64,000 nt of DNA. Source: Burkholderiales bacterium. Lineage in GTDB: Bacteria; Pseudomonadota; Gammaproteobacteria; Burkholderiales; SG8-41. How positions within the stretch are numbered: position 1 is the first letter of the stretch; each line of letters begins with the position of its first letter. Of this stretch, positions 29,755 to 40,175 are shown in pieces. The notes under the pieces are model-generated. The model had not been told where the DNA came from. It was given only the letters and a program-made list of their open reading frames with translations, and made no database searches. The stretch is taken from NCBI GenBank assembly GCA_036555035.1, contig DATBMB010000174.1, positions 7,045 to 71,044 of the forward strand. Direction: 5' to 3'. The position numbers were made by a program, and so were the translations under genes.

Positions 29755-30617
29755 GGAAACCCATGTCCCACGATCTCGAAAAGCTGAAGGAGTGGATCGG
29801 CCAGAAAGAGTCGGACGTCGACTACGTGACCGTTCCCGCCGTGCACCGGCTCGCCGCGACCCTGGATCGCGACGATCCCATGCCGCGGATGGGCGATCCC
29901 CTGCCGGTCGGCTGGCACCAGATTCTCTTCCCGCGCGTCGTGCGCCACTCGCAGATCGGGGCGGACGGCCATCCCGAGCGCGGCGATTTCCTGCCGCCGG
30001 TGCCGCTGCCGCGGCGCATGTTCGCCGGCAAGCGCACGACGTTCCACGCGGATCTGCAGGTGGGCGACGCCGTGCGCCGCGATTCGGTCATCAAGGACGT
30101 CGTCGTCAAGCAGGGCCGCACCGGGACGATGGTGTTCGTGACGGTGAAGACGGAGGTCACGGGACCGCGCGGGCTCGCCATCACGGAAGAGCACGATTAT
30201 GTCTACCGCGAGGCACCCGCCCCCGGCGCAGCGCCCCAGCCGCCGCAGCCGGCCCCGGGAAGGGCGGTCTGGAGCCGCACCGTCACGCCCGACCCGGTGA
30301 TGCTGTTCCGCTATTCCGCGCTCACCTTCAACGGGCACCGCATTCACTACGACTTCCCCTACGTGACCCGGGTCGAGGGCTATCCGGGGCTCGTGATGAA
30401 CGGCGGGCTCACCACGCTCCTCGTGTTCGAGCTCGCGCGCGCCCATGGGTCCGCCCCCATCCGCCATATCTCCTCGCGCAATGTCCGCGCGCTGTTCGTG
30501 AACCAGCCGATCACGATCGGAGGCGAGCCCTCGGCGGACCAGCGGACGGCGAAGCTGTGGGCGCTCAACCCGGACGGCGCCCTCGCCCTGACCGCCGAGG
30601 CGGAATTTCGAGCGTAG
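29751..30617 (+). CDS. double hot-dog (MaoC/HTD2-like) enoyl-CoA hydratase, itaconyl-/mesaconyl-C4-CoA hydratase-like
   Basis: 288 aa. It has FRYSALTFNGHRIHYD and EGYPGLVMNGGL hot-dog motifs. An ATGA overlap links it to the lyase gene. Confidence 0.7.
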   Translation: MRKPMSHDLEKLKEWIGQKESDVDYVTVPAVHRLAATLDRDDPMPRMGDPLPVGWHQILFPRVVRHSQIGADGHPERGDFLPPVPLPRRMFAGKRTTFHADLQVGDAVRRDSVIKDVVVKQGRTGTMVFVTVKTEVTGPRGLAITEEHDYVYREAPAPGAAPQPPQPAPGRAVWSRTVTPDPVMLFRYSALTFNGHRIHYDFPYVTRVEGYPGLVMNGGLTTLLVFELARAHGSAPIRHISSRNVRALFVNQPITIGGEPSADQRTAKLWALNPDGALALTAEAEFRA

Positions 30618-30620
30618 CTC

Positions 30621-31838
30621 ATGGCGGGCGGCCCCCTCGAAGGCGTGCGCGTGGTGGACCTCACGTCCGTCGTGGTCGGGCCGCTCGCGACGCAGATCCT
30701 CGCCGACCACGGTGCCGAGGTGATCAAGGTGGAATCGAAGGCGGGCGACCTGGTGCGCATCATGAACGGACGCTCCGTCACCCCGGGCATGGGCGCCAAG
30801 TTCCTGCATCTCAACCGCAACAAGCGCTCGATCGTGCTCGATCTCAAGCAGCCGGCCGGGCACGGGGCGCTGCTGCGGTTGCTCGAGCGCGCCGACGTCA
30901 TGCTGTGGAACAACCGCCCGCAATCGATGGCGCGCATGAAGCTCTCCTATGACGACGTGCGCGCGGCCAACCCGAAGATCATCTACTGCGGTCTCTTCGG
31001 ATTCGGCCAGGACGGGCGCTACCGCGACAAGCCGGCCTACGACACCATCATCCAGGGCGCGGGCGGCATGGCGGCGCTCCATCATCGCGCGATGGGCGAG
31101 CCGCGCTTCGTGCCGATGGTGGTGGCGGACAAGGTGGTGGGACTGATCGCGGTGCAGATGATCGCGATGGCGCTCTACGGCCGCGTGCGCACCGGCGCGG
31201 GCTGCTCGATCGAGATCCCGATGTTCGAGAACCTGGTGAAATTCGTGCTGGAGGAGCACATGTATCTCAAGACCTTCGTGCCCCCGCTCGGCGAGACCGG
31301 CGACCCGCGGCTGCTCGATCCCATCAACAAGCCGCTGCCCACCCGCGACGGCTACATCTGCATCTCGGCCAACACCGACAAGCAGGTCTTCGCCTTCTTC
31401 GACGCGATCGGCCGGCCCGAGCTGAAGACCGATCCGCGCTTCTCGAACGTGCCCGCCCGCTTCGCCCACGTGAAGGACTATTTCGAGGTGCGCAGGGTCG
31501 CGCTGAGGGACAGAACCACCGCCGAGTGGCTGGAGATCTTCGACCGCTGCGACATACCGGCGACGCCCTACCACACGCTCGACAGCCTGCTCGAGGACCC
31601 GCATCTCGCGGACATCGGGTTCTTCGAGCTGAAGGACCATCCCACGGAAGGCAGGACGCGCAGCATGCGGCTGCCCAACAAGTGGTCGACCGGCACGCGC
31701 CGCGGCTGGGCGCCGGCCCCCAAGCTCGGGCAGCACAGCGTCGAGATCCTGCGCGAGGCCGGCTACGACGACGCCGCGATCGAGGCCATGGTGGCGAGCG
31801 GCGTGACCCTCGATGGACGCCTCACACCGGGGGAATGA
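30621..31838 (+). CDS. family III CoA-transferase (second paralogue)
   Basis: 405 aa with LEGVRVVDLTSVVVGPLATQILADHGAEVIKVESKAGD. Confidence 0.88.
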   Translation: MAGGPLEGVRVVDLTSVVVGPLATQILADHGAEVIKVESKAGDLVRIMNGRSVTPGMGAKFLHLNRNKRSIVLDLKQPAGHGALLRLLERADVMLWNNRPQSMARMKLSYDDVRAANPKIIYCGLFGFGQDGRYRDKPAYDTIIQGAGGMAALHHRAMGEPRFVPMVVADKVVGLIAVQMIAMALYGRVRTGAGCSIEIPMFENLVKFVLEEHMYLKTFVPPLGETGDPRLLDPINKPLPTRDGYICISANTDKQVFAFFDAIGRPELKTDPRFSNVPARFAHVKDYFEVRRVALRDRTTAEWLEIFDRCDIPATPYHTLDSLLEDPHLADIGFFELKDHPTEGRTRSMRLPNKWSTGTRRGWAPAPKLGQHSVEILREAGYDDAAIEAMVASGVTLDGRLTPGE

Positions 31839-31861
31839 ACGCCGATCGGCTGCTGTAAACT

Positions 31862-32749
31862 ATGCGCCCGCTCAACTCGGAGAATCCCATGCACGGCCCG
31901 ACGCTGCCCCTTCGCCATCTGATCGCCGCCTTCCTCCTTCCCGTCGCGCTCGCCCTGCCCGGCTGCGCGATTGCGCAGGACAAGGAATACACGCCCTCCG
32001 TCGGCCAGGAAGGCAAGGACGTCATCTGGGTGCCGACGCCGCAGGCGCTGGTCGAGAAGATGCTCGACATGGCAAAGCTGACGCCCAAGGACATCCACTT
32101 CGACCTCGGCAGCGGTGACGGGCGCACGGTGATCACCGCGGCCAAGCGCGGGGCGCAGGCCGTCGGCGTGGAATACAACCCCGACATGGTCGCGCTCTCG
32201 GAGCGGGCCGCGGCCAAGGAAGGCGTCTCGGCCAGGGCCAAGTTCATACAGGGCGACATCTTCCAGACCGACTTCAGCAAAGCCACCGTCCTCACCCTCT
32301 ACCTCCTGCCGAGCCTCAACATGAAGCTGCGCCCGACCATCCTCAAGATGGCCCCTGGCACGCGCGTCGTCTCTCACGCCTTCAGCATGGACGACTGGCA
32401 GGCGGACCAGACCGAGACCGTGGAAGGCCGCACCGCCTACCTGTGGATCGTTCCGGCGGTGGTCGAGGGCACGTGGCGCTGGAACGGCACCGGCAGCGGC
32501 CCGAAGCAATACTGGTTGAAGCTGCGCCAGCAGTTCCAGAAGGTCGAGGGCGAGATCGAGCTCGACGGGCGCCCGGGCCAGCTGCGCGACGTGAAGCTCC
32601 GCGGCGACCAGATCAGCTTCTCGGTGCTGGACGCTGCCGGCACCCGGCGCGACTTCTCCGGCCGCGTCGCCGGCAACTCGATGCAGGGCGCGACGAAGCG
32701 GCTCACCGGAGCCGGCGAAGGCAAGTGGTCCGCCACCCGCATGAATTGA
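31862..32749 (+). CDS. class I SAM-dependent methyltransferase with lipoprotein signal peptide and C-terminal beta-rich domain
   Basis: It has a lipobox LALPGC after a hydrophobic h-region. SAM motif I is HFDLGSGDGRTVI and the post-I motif is AVGVEYNP. The last ~100 aa carry no recognisable motif. The start may be the internal ATG 27 nt downstream (MHGPTL). Confidence 0.75.
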   Translation: MRPLNSENPMHGPTLPLRHLIAAFLLPVALALPGCAIAQDKEYTPSVGQEGKDVIWVPTPQALVEKMLDMAKLTPKDIHFDLGSGDGRTVITAAKRGAQAVGVEYNPDMVALSERAAAKEGVSARAKFIQGDIFQTDFSKATVLTLYLLPSLNMKLRPTILKMAPGTRVVSHAFSMDDWQADQTETVEGRTAYLWIVPAVVEGTWRWNGTGSGPKQYWLKLRQQFQKVEGEIELDGRPGQLRDVKLRGDQISFSVLDAAGTRRDFSGRVAGNSMQGATKRLTGAGEGKWSATRMN

Positions 32750-32768
32750 GAATCAGAATCAAGCTCCC

Positions 32769-32886
32769 CTCCTGCCCGAGGGCGAGTCGGGGTTTCGAGA
32801 CGCATGTCGTCGAGCCGACGAGCGCCCGACGCGATGCAGCGCGGCGGGATGGACGGGGTCCCACGAAGTGACGGGGTGGTGGGAGT
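32769..32886 (+). repeat. 120-nt dispersed intergenic repeat, copy 2 (partner at 15324..15443)
   Basis: See copy 1. This copy starts 20 nt after the methyltransferase stop, upstream of the 3-hydroxyacyl-CoA dehydrogenase gene. Confidence 0.85.
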
Positions 32887-32945
32887 CCCGCGTCGCAACT
32901 CTACGCGCCGCCCCCGGCCCGTTGATCTCATCCGGAGTTTGAACC

Positions 32946-33878
32946 ATGGCAGTCAAGCAACGCACCGCCGCCATCATCGGCGGCGGCATCATGGGCGGCG
33001 ATATCGCCATCGTCTTTGCCGCGGGCGGCTGGAAAGTGCACGTGATGAGCCCGTCGCAGAAGACGCGCGACGCGCTGCCGGCGCGAATTGCGGCCGGTCT
33101 GGCGAAGCTCGCGGCCCCGCCCGCCCACGCCGCTAACGTCGAGACCTGCGCGCGGATCGAGGACCTGCCGTGGCGCGACATAGACATCGCAGTCGAAGCC
33201 GCGACCGAGGACCTTCCGCTCAAGCAGAGGCTGTTCGCGCAGATCGACACGCTCGCGCGCCCCGGCATCGCGCTCGCGACCAACACGTCAAATTTCCCGA
33301 TTGGCGAGATCGGCAGGAATCTCACGCACCGCGCGCGGGTCGCCGGCCTGCACTTTTTCATGCCGGCCCACCTCGTGCCGCTGGTCGAAGTGGTAAGCGC
33401 AGAGTTCACCGATCCCCGGGTGGCCGGGGAGCTGGTTGCGCTCATGAAGGCGCTCGGCAAGGCGCCGATCTGGGTGAAGAAGGACGTCCCCGGCTTTGTC
33501 GGCAACCGCATCCAGCACGCGATGCTGCGGGAGGCGTTCTACCTCATCAACGACGGCATCGTCGACGCGGACGGGGTCGACACCGCGGTGCGCTACGGCT
33601 TCGGCTTCCGCTTCATCGCCTGCGGTCCCATCCTGCAGAAGGAGATGTCGGGCTGGGACACCAACTATATCGTCGGTTCCGCGCTCTACCCCCACCTCTA
33701 CAACGAGAAGGCACCGCCACCGTTCCTGAAGGAGATGGTGGACAAGGGCCACCTCGGGATGAAAGCAAAGCAGGGCTTCTGGAAGTGGGACGACGCGAAG
33801 ATCGCGCGCGAGAAGGCGCGCATCGAGCGCTGCCTTCAGGCGGGGATGGCGATCCTCAACTCAGACGGCGGAAAGTAA
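32946..33878 (+). CDS. 3-hydroxyacyl-CoA dehydrogenase family protein (NAD-binding)
   Basis: 310 aa. It has the Rossmann motif AAIIGGGIMGGDIA, the catalytic region NTSNFPI...HFFMPAHLVPLVEV and PGFVGNRI. Confidence 0.88.
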   Translation: MAVKQRTAAIIGGGIMGGDIAIVFAAGGWKVHVMSPSQKTRDALPARIAAGLAKLAAPPAHAANVETCARIEDLPWRDIDIAVEAATEDLPLKQRLFAQIDTLARPGIALATNTSNFPIGEIGRNLTHRARVAGLHFFMPAHLVPLVEVVSAEFTDPRVAGELVALMKALGKAPIWVKKDVPGFVGNRIQHAMLREAFYLINDGIVDADGVDTAVRYGFGFRFIACGPILQKEMSGWDTNYIVGSALYPHLYNEKAPPPFLKEMVDKGHLGMKAKQGFWKWDDAKIAREKARIERCLQAGMAILNSDGGK

Positions 33879-33918
33879 GGGTCCCGGCACGCTATCGGGA
33901 CGCAACCGAAAAAGGAAA

Positions 33919-33994
<76 letters not shown>

Positions 33995-34163
33995 CCTTGC
34001 TTCCAAAAAACGCTTACCTGCTAGAGAGTTGGATTGTAGTTGAGGATGTGAGCAAGCGCTCACTTTGAGCCATCCAGCAGGGCAAAAAACGAAAGCGCGG
34101 TATTAAATCGTCAATCGCGCGCATCGTCAAGAAAATTCTCCGATTCGCTCCGCGCGCGCAAAC

Positions 34164-34189
34164 AAAAAAAGCCCCGCTTGCGCGGGGCT
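34164..34189 (-). terminator. rho-independent terminator of groESL
   Basis: On the minus strand the sequence reads AGCCCCGC-GCAA-GCGGGGCT followed by TTTTTTT, about 100 nt after the groEL stop. Confidence 0.8.
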
Positions 34190-34286
34190 CTCTGTCTCGA
34201 AGGAAGGGGGCACGGGGGAAACCACGGGTTTCCCCTGTTCCTCTCCTGCCCCAGATGGGCGGATGGATTGTGACGCGCGCAGCGCG

Positions 34287-35939
<1,653 letters not shown>

Positions 35940-35959
35940 TTATTGCGGAATTCGCTCGA

Positions 35960-36253
35960 TTACTTGCCTTCGATTACGCCCATGATGTCTTCTTCGCGCA
36001 TCACGAGCAGCTCGTCGCCTTTGACCTTCACCGTCTGCCCGGAGTACTTCCCGAACAGGATCCTGTCGCCGACCTTGACGTCGAGGGGACGCTGTTTCCC
36101 GTCCTCCAGGATCTTGCCTTTGCCCACCGCGATAACCTCTCCTTGGTCGGGTTTCTCGGCGGCGGTGTCGGGAATGACGATCCCGGATGCCGTCTTGCGT
36201 TCTTCCTCCAACCGCTTGACCATCACGCGGTCGTGTAATGGACGTATCTTCAT
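35960..36253 (-). CDS. groS: co-chaperonin GroES
   Basis: The in-frame ATG at 36253 gives [28 protein letters not shown]..., 97 aa. An AGGAGG SD lies upstream. The longer track ORF reads through the CIRCE element. Confidence 0.98.
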   Translation of the reverse strand: MKIRPLHDRVMVKRLEEERKTASGIVIPDTAAEKPDQGEVIAVGKGKILEDGKQRPLDVKVGDRILFGKYSGQTVKVKGDELLVMREEDIMGVIEGK

Positions 36254-36298
36254 CGTGAAGCCTCCTGTGGATTGGTCTGAATGACGGAGAACGACTGT

Positions 36299-36325
36299 CT
36301 GGCACTCGCCCCTGTCGAGTGCTAA
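36299..36325 (-). promoter_or_regulatory. CIRCE operator (HrcA binding site) upstream of groES
   Basis: The minus strand reads TTAGCACTC-GACAGGGGC-GAGTGCCAG, against the consensus TTAGCACTC-N9-GAGTGCTAA. The left arm matches 9/9 and the right arm 7/9, with an exact 9-nt spacer. Confidence 0.85.
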
Positions 36326-36353
36326 CAATAGGCGTAAGTCCGCGCATTGTCAA
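36325..36353 (-). promoter_or_regulatory. sigma70-like promoter of groESL overlapping CIRCE
   Basis: The minus strand has TTGACA, a 17-nt spacer and TATTGT. The last T of the -10 hexamer is the first base of CIRCE. Confidence 0.55.
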
Positions 36354-36458
36354 TAGGTTAGCCGCGCATACCCACCCGCAATGCACCGGTGTGGGCGCAC
36401 ACTAACCCTGGTGGCGGCGAAAGGGTAAGCCGCCAGAAAACGCTGAGAAACTAACTGG

Positions 36459-37106
36459 TTAGTCCAGGTCCAGCGGGGTGCTGGCGGAGACCCCGAAGCG
36501 GTAAACCGTCTTGCGGTTGCCGTCGCAGCGGGGCGGGATCGGATGATGCGGGCAGGGCGGGGGCCGCCGTCCTTGTGAGGTCAAGGTAGCGTCATCGGCA
36601 ACTTCGGCCCAGATACCGCCGCTGACCGGCCGGAACAACCACATGAGGTAACCGCGTCTTGCCGCAAGCTGCAGCAGCTCGTCGGCATCGGGCGCATCGG
36701 CCACCACTACCTGGTTTCCGTTGATGCCGAACGGGAACGCGCCGAACGCCTGGAGGCATTCGAGTGCCTCGGTGGAGGGCGCGCCGGGCCGCATGCAGCC
36801 CTTGCGCTCAGCGCGCGCGACGTCCCACGCGCCCAGCTCCCACGCCGCCTCCATCGCGGCGCGGTCCACCGCAACCAGATCGCGCCAGCGGTGGTTCAAC
36901 TGCAGCGCGGAACTCGGCAGCGGCGTGTAGGACACCGTCTCGGCATGCTCCACTTCGGCCAGCTTTTCCCTAATGAAGCCGTGCCAGTGCAGCGTCAGGA
37001 TCACCGGCGTGTCCGGGCAGGGCACGGCCGCGAGCGTGATACCGACGAGCGGCAGGCCGCTCGCGGCAATCTGCTCCTCTATGCGCTCAAGTATTTCCAC
37101 GGTCAA
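36459..37106 (-). CDS. hypothetical protein (no recognisable domain)
   Basis: A 215-aa ORF with plausible codon usage and no overlap with other genes. I recognise no motif. It has a Cys/Pro/His-rich C-terminal tail (RRPPPCPHHPIPPRCDGNRK). Confidence 0.55.
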   Translation of the reverse strand: MTVEILERIEEQIAASGLPLVGITLAAVPCPDTPVILTLHWHGFIREKLAEVEHAETVSYTPLPSSALQLNHRWRDLVAVDRAAMEAAWELGAWDVARAERKGCMRPGAPSTEALECLQAFGAFPFGINGNQVVVADAPDADELLQLAARRGYLMWLFRPVSGGIWAEVADDATLTSQGRRPPPCPHHPIPPRCDGNRKTVYRFGVSASTPLDLD

Positions 37107-37296
37107 AACGGCTCTTTTCGGGTGCTAAACTCACTGCGCCCACAGCGCAAACGAGCAAGATTGGTGCCAATCCTCCAATCCTAACGTCGCGCCTGAAGCT
37201 GCGGTTGACCCGGCGGAAACGTTTGCGCGGGCCCGGTTCGGGCCGGTATCCGGTCGTGCGTGACCGATGTGGCAGATCTGAGGGAAAACGGTTCTT

Positions 37297-38667
37297 GTGC
37301 ACGCGTCCCCATTATCTAAATCCTCCCCGGCTAAAATGCAAATTGGCACTCCCAGTAATCTGCTGCTAAAGCGCAGCCTCGCCGCAGTCTGGCATCCCTG
37401 CACCCAGATGAAGAGCCACGAGCGGCTGCCGCTCGTCCCGGTCGCGCGGGGGTCCGGCTGCTGGCTCTACGATGCCGAGGGCCGGCGCTACCTCGATGCG
37501 ATCAGCTCGTGGTGGGTGAATCTCTTCGGTCACTGCCATCCGCGCATCAACGCCGCGCTCGCCGACCAGCTCGGCAAGCTCGAGCACGTGCTCCTCGCCG
37601 GATTCACCCACGAGCCCGTGGTGGAGCTCTCCGAGCGCCTGGCGCGCGCCGCGGGCGGCGCGCTCGGTCACTGCTTCTACGCGAGCGACGGCGCCTCCGC
37701 GGTCGAGATCGCGCTCAAGATGAGCTTCCACTACTGGCGCAACCGCGGCATACCCGGAAAGACTCGATACGTGAGCCTCGCGGGCGGCTATCACGGGGAG
37801 ACGCTCGGCGCGCTGGCCGTGACCGACGTGCGGCTGTTCAAGGACGTCTATGCACCCATTCTCATGAAGAGCACCCCGGTTGCGAGCCCGGACTGGCGGC
37901 TTGCGGAGAAGGGAGAGTCCGCCCGGGATTATGCCGTGCGCTGCGCCGCCGAGCTCGAGCGCCACCTCGAGCGCCATCACGCGGAAACCGCGGCCTTCAT
38001 CGTGGAGCCCCTGGTGCAGGGCGCGGGCGGCATGGCGATGTACGATGCCGAGTACCTGCGGCGCGCGCGGGCCGTCTGCGACCGCTACCGCGTGCACCTC
38101 ATAGCGGACGAGATCATGACCGGCTTCGGGCGCACCGGCAGCTTCTTCGCCTGCGACCAGACAGGCATCACGCCCGATTTCCTGTGCCTCTCGAAAGGCC
38201 TCACCGGCGGCACCCTCCCGCTCTCCGTCGTGCTGACGCGCGACGACATCTACCAGGCGTTCTACGACGACGATGTGGCGCGCGGCTTCCTGCATTCGCA
38301 TTCCTATACCGGCAATCCCCTTGCCTGCCGCGCCGCGCTGGCGACGCTCGATCTCTTCGATACCGGGGCCATCATCGAGGCCAACCGCTCGCGCAGCGCG
38401 CGCCTCACGGCCGCGGCACGGCCCATCGCGCAGCACCCGCGCGTGCGCAATTTCCGCAATACCGGAATGATCTGGGCGTTCGAGGTCGAGACCGCCGATC
38501 CCTCCTTCGCGCGCCGGTTCTTCGCCGGTGCGCTCGAGCGCGAGCTGCTGCTGCGCCCCCTCGGCAACACGGTGTACTTCATGCCGCCGTACGTGATCGA
38601 AGAGGACGAGATCGATTTGCTCGCCGCGCGCACCGCGGCGTTGATCGACGCGCTCCCGCGTGACTAA
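37297..38667 (+). CDS. bioA: adenosylmethionine-8-amino-7-oxononanoate aminotransferase
   Basis: It has class-III aminotransferase motifs WHPCTQM, HLIADEIMTGFGRTG and the PLP-Lys region DFLCLSKGLTGG. The start is uncertain: GTG at 37297 or ATG at 37336. Confidence 0.9.
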   Translation: MHASPLSKSSPAKMQIGTPSNLLLKRSLAAVWHPCTQMKSHERLPLVPVARGSGCWLYDAEGRRYLDAISSWWVNLFGHCHPRINAALADQLGKLEHVLLAGFTHEPVVELSERLARAAGGALGHCFYASDGASAVEIALKMSFHYWRNRGIPGKTRYVSLAGGYHGETLGALAVTDVRLFKDVYAPILMKSTPVASPDWRLAEKGESARDYAVRCAAELERHLERHHAETAAFIVEPLVQGAGGMAMYDAEYLRRARAVCDRYRVHLIADEIMTGFGRTGSFFACDQTGITPDFLCLSKGLTGGTLPLSVVLTRDDIYQAFYDDDVARGFLHSHSYTGNPLACRAALATLDLFDTGAIIEANRSRSARLTAAARPIAQHPRVRNFRNTGMIWAFEVETADPSFARRFFAGALERELLLRPLGNTVYFMPPYVIEEDEIDLLAARTAALIDALPRD

Positions 38668-38723
38668 CGGCCGCTCCCGCGGCTCCCCGCCTGCGGCATA
38701 ATGGTGCGCAAGGGCGAGCGGGC

Positions 38724-40175
38724 ATGATTCAGGGCTTGGTCACGGCGATACTCGCGGCGGCTCTCGCGGCGGGGCTGCCGCGCGCCCACGCCCAGGCGGA
38801 TGCCCTGCCCGAGCCGGTGTCCCGGGCGCTGGCGCAAGCCGAGATCCCCGAAAGCGCGGCGGCGTTTTACGTTCACGAGGTGGGCGCCGAGCGCCCGCTC
38901 CTCGCGGCGGGATCCGCGCAGCCGATGAATCCGGCGTCCTCCATCAAGCTCGTCATCACCTATGCCGCGCTGGAGCTTCTGGGTCCCGCCTTCCAGTGGG
39001 TGACCGACGCCTACGCCGCCGGCGCGCTCAACGACGGGGTGCTCGAGGGCGACCTCGTCCTGAAGGGCAGGGGCGATCCCAGGCTGACGCTGGAGAGCTT
39101 CTGGCTGCTGCTGCGCAGCCTGCGCGCCCGGGGGCTGCGCGAGATCCGCGGCGATCTCGTGCTCGACCGCACCTACTTCGCCGAAAGCAGCCACGACCCT
39201 TCACGCTTCGACGAGAAGCCGACGCGCCCCTACAACACCGGGCCGGACGCGCTGCTGGTGAATTTCAAGGCGGTGCGGCTCACCTTCGTGCCGGACGGCG
39301 CCGCACGCGTGGTGCGGATCGTGGCGGAGCCCGCGCTGCCGCAGGTCCAGGTCGTCAACCGCCTGAAGCTCGTCAACGGGCCGTGCGGGGACTGGGTCAA
39401 CCGGCTCAAGGTTGACGCGCAGGGCGGCTCGGCCGCCACGCGCCTCACGTTCAGCGGCCGCTTCTCCGCGAGCTGCGGCGAGCGCGCGCGCAATTACAGC
39501 GTGCTGCCGCACGCGCATTACGTGCTCGGACTCTTCCGAGAGCTGTGGCGCGAGCTTGGCGGAACGTTCCACGGGACGGTGCGCGACGGGACAGTGGGCC
39601 CGGACGCGCGCCCCCTCGGCACCGCGGAGTCGCCCGCGCTGGCGCAGGTCGTGCGCGACATGAACAAGTTCTCCAACAACGTCATGGCGCGGCAGCTCTA
39701 TCTCACGCTCGGCGCGGAGGGAGCGGGCGAGCCGGCGACGCACGAGAAGGCCGACCGCGTGATCCGCGAATGGCTGGCGGGAAAGGGCCTGTCGTTCCCG
39801 GAGATGATCCTGGAGAACGGCTCCGGGCTCTCGCGGGTCGAGCGCATCAGCGCGAGCCATCTCGGGCAGCTGCTGCTCTCCTCGTTCCGCAGCCCGGTGA
39901 TGCCGGAGTTCATGGCCTCGCTGCCGCTCGCGGCGGTGGATGGAACGATGAAGAAGCGCCTCGCGGATGCCGAGGTGGCGGGCCAGGCCCACATCAAGAC
40001 CGGCTCGCTCACCGGTGTCCGCTCGATCGCCGGCTACCTGCTCGACGCGCAGGGGCAGCGCTGGGTGGTGGTCTCAATCGTCAATCACCCCAACGCCGCC
40101 AGCGCCCAGGCCGCGCAGGACGCGCTGCTCGCCTGGCTCTACCATCGCGGAAGCCCGGCGGGAAGGCGTCCATGA
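38724..40175 (+). CDS. dacB: D-alanyl-D-alanine carboxypeptidase/endopeptidase (PBP4)
   Basis: 483 aa with a signal peptide. It has the SxxK motif (PASSIKLV), SxN (KFSNNVM) and KTG (HIKTGSL). Confidence 0.9.
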   Translation: MIQGLVTAILAAALAAGLPRAHAQADALPEPVSRALAQAEIPESAAAFYVHEVGAERPLLAAGSAQPMNPASSIKLVITYAALELLGPAFQWVTDAYAAGALNDGVLEGDLVLKGRGDPRLTLESFWLLLRSLRARGLREIRGDLVLDRTYFAESSHDPSRFDEKPTRPYNTGPDALLVNFKAVRLTFVPDGAARVVRIVAEPALPQVQVVNRLKLVNGPCGDWVNRLKVDAQGGSAATRLTFSGRFSASCGERARNYSVLPHAHYVLGLFRELWRELGGTFHGTVRDGTVGPDARPLGTAESPALAQVVRDMNKFSNNVMARQLYLTLGAEGAGEPATHEKADRVIREWLAGKGLSFPEMILENGSGLSRVERISASHLGQLLLSSFRSPVMPEFMASLPLAAVDGTMKKRLADAEVAGQAHIKTGSLTGVRSIAGYLLDAQGQRWVVVSIVNHPNAASAQAAQDALLAWLYHRGSPAGRRP

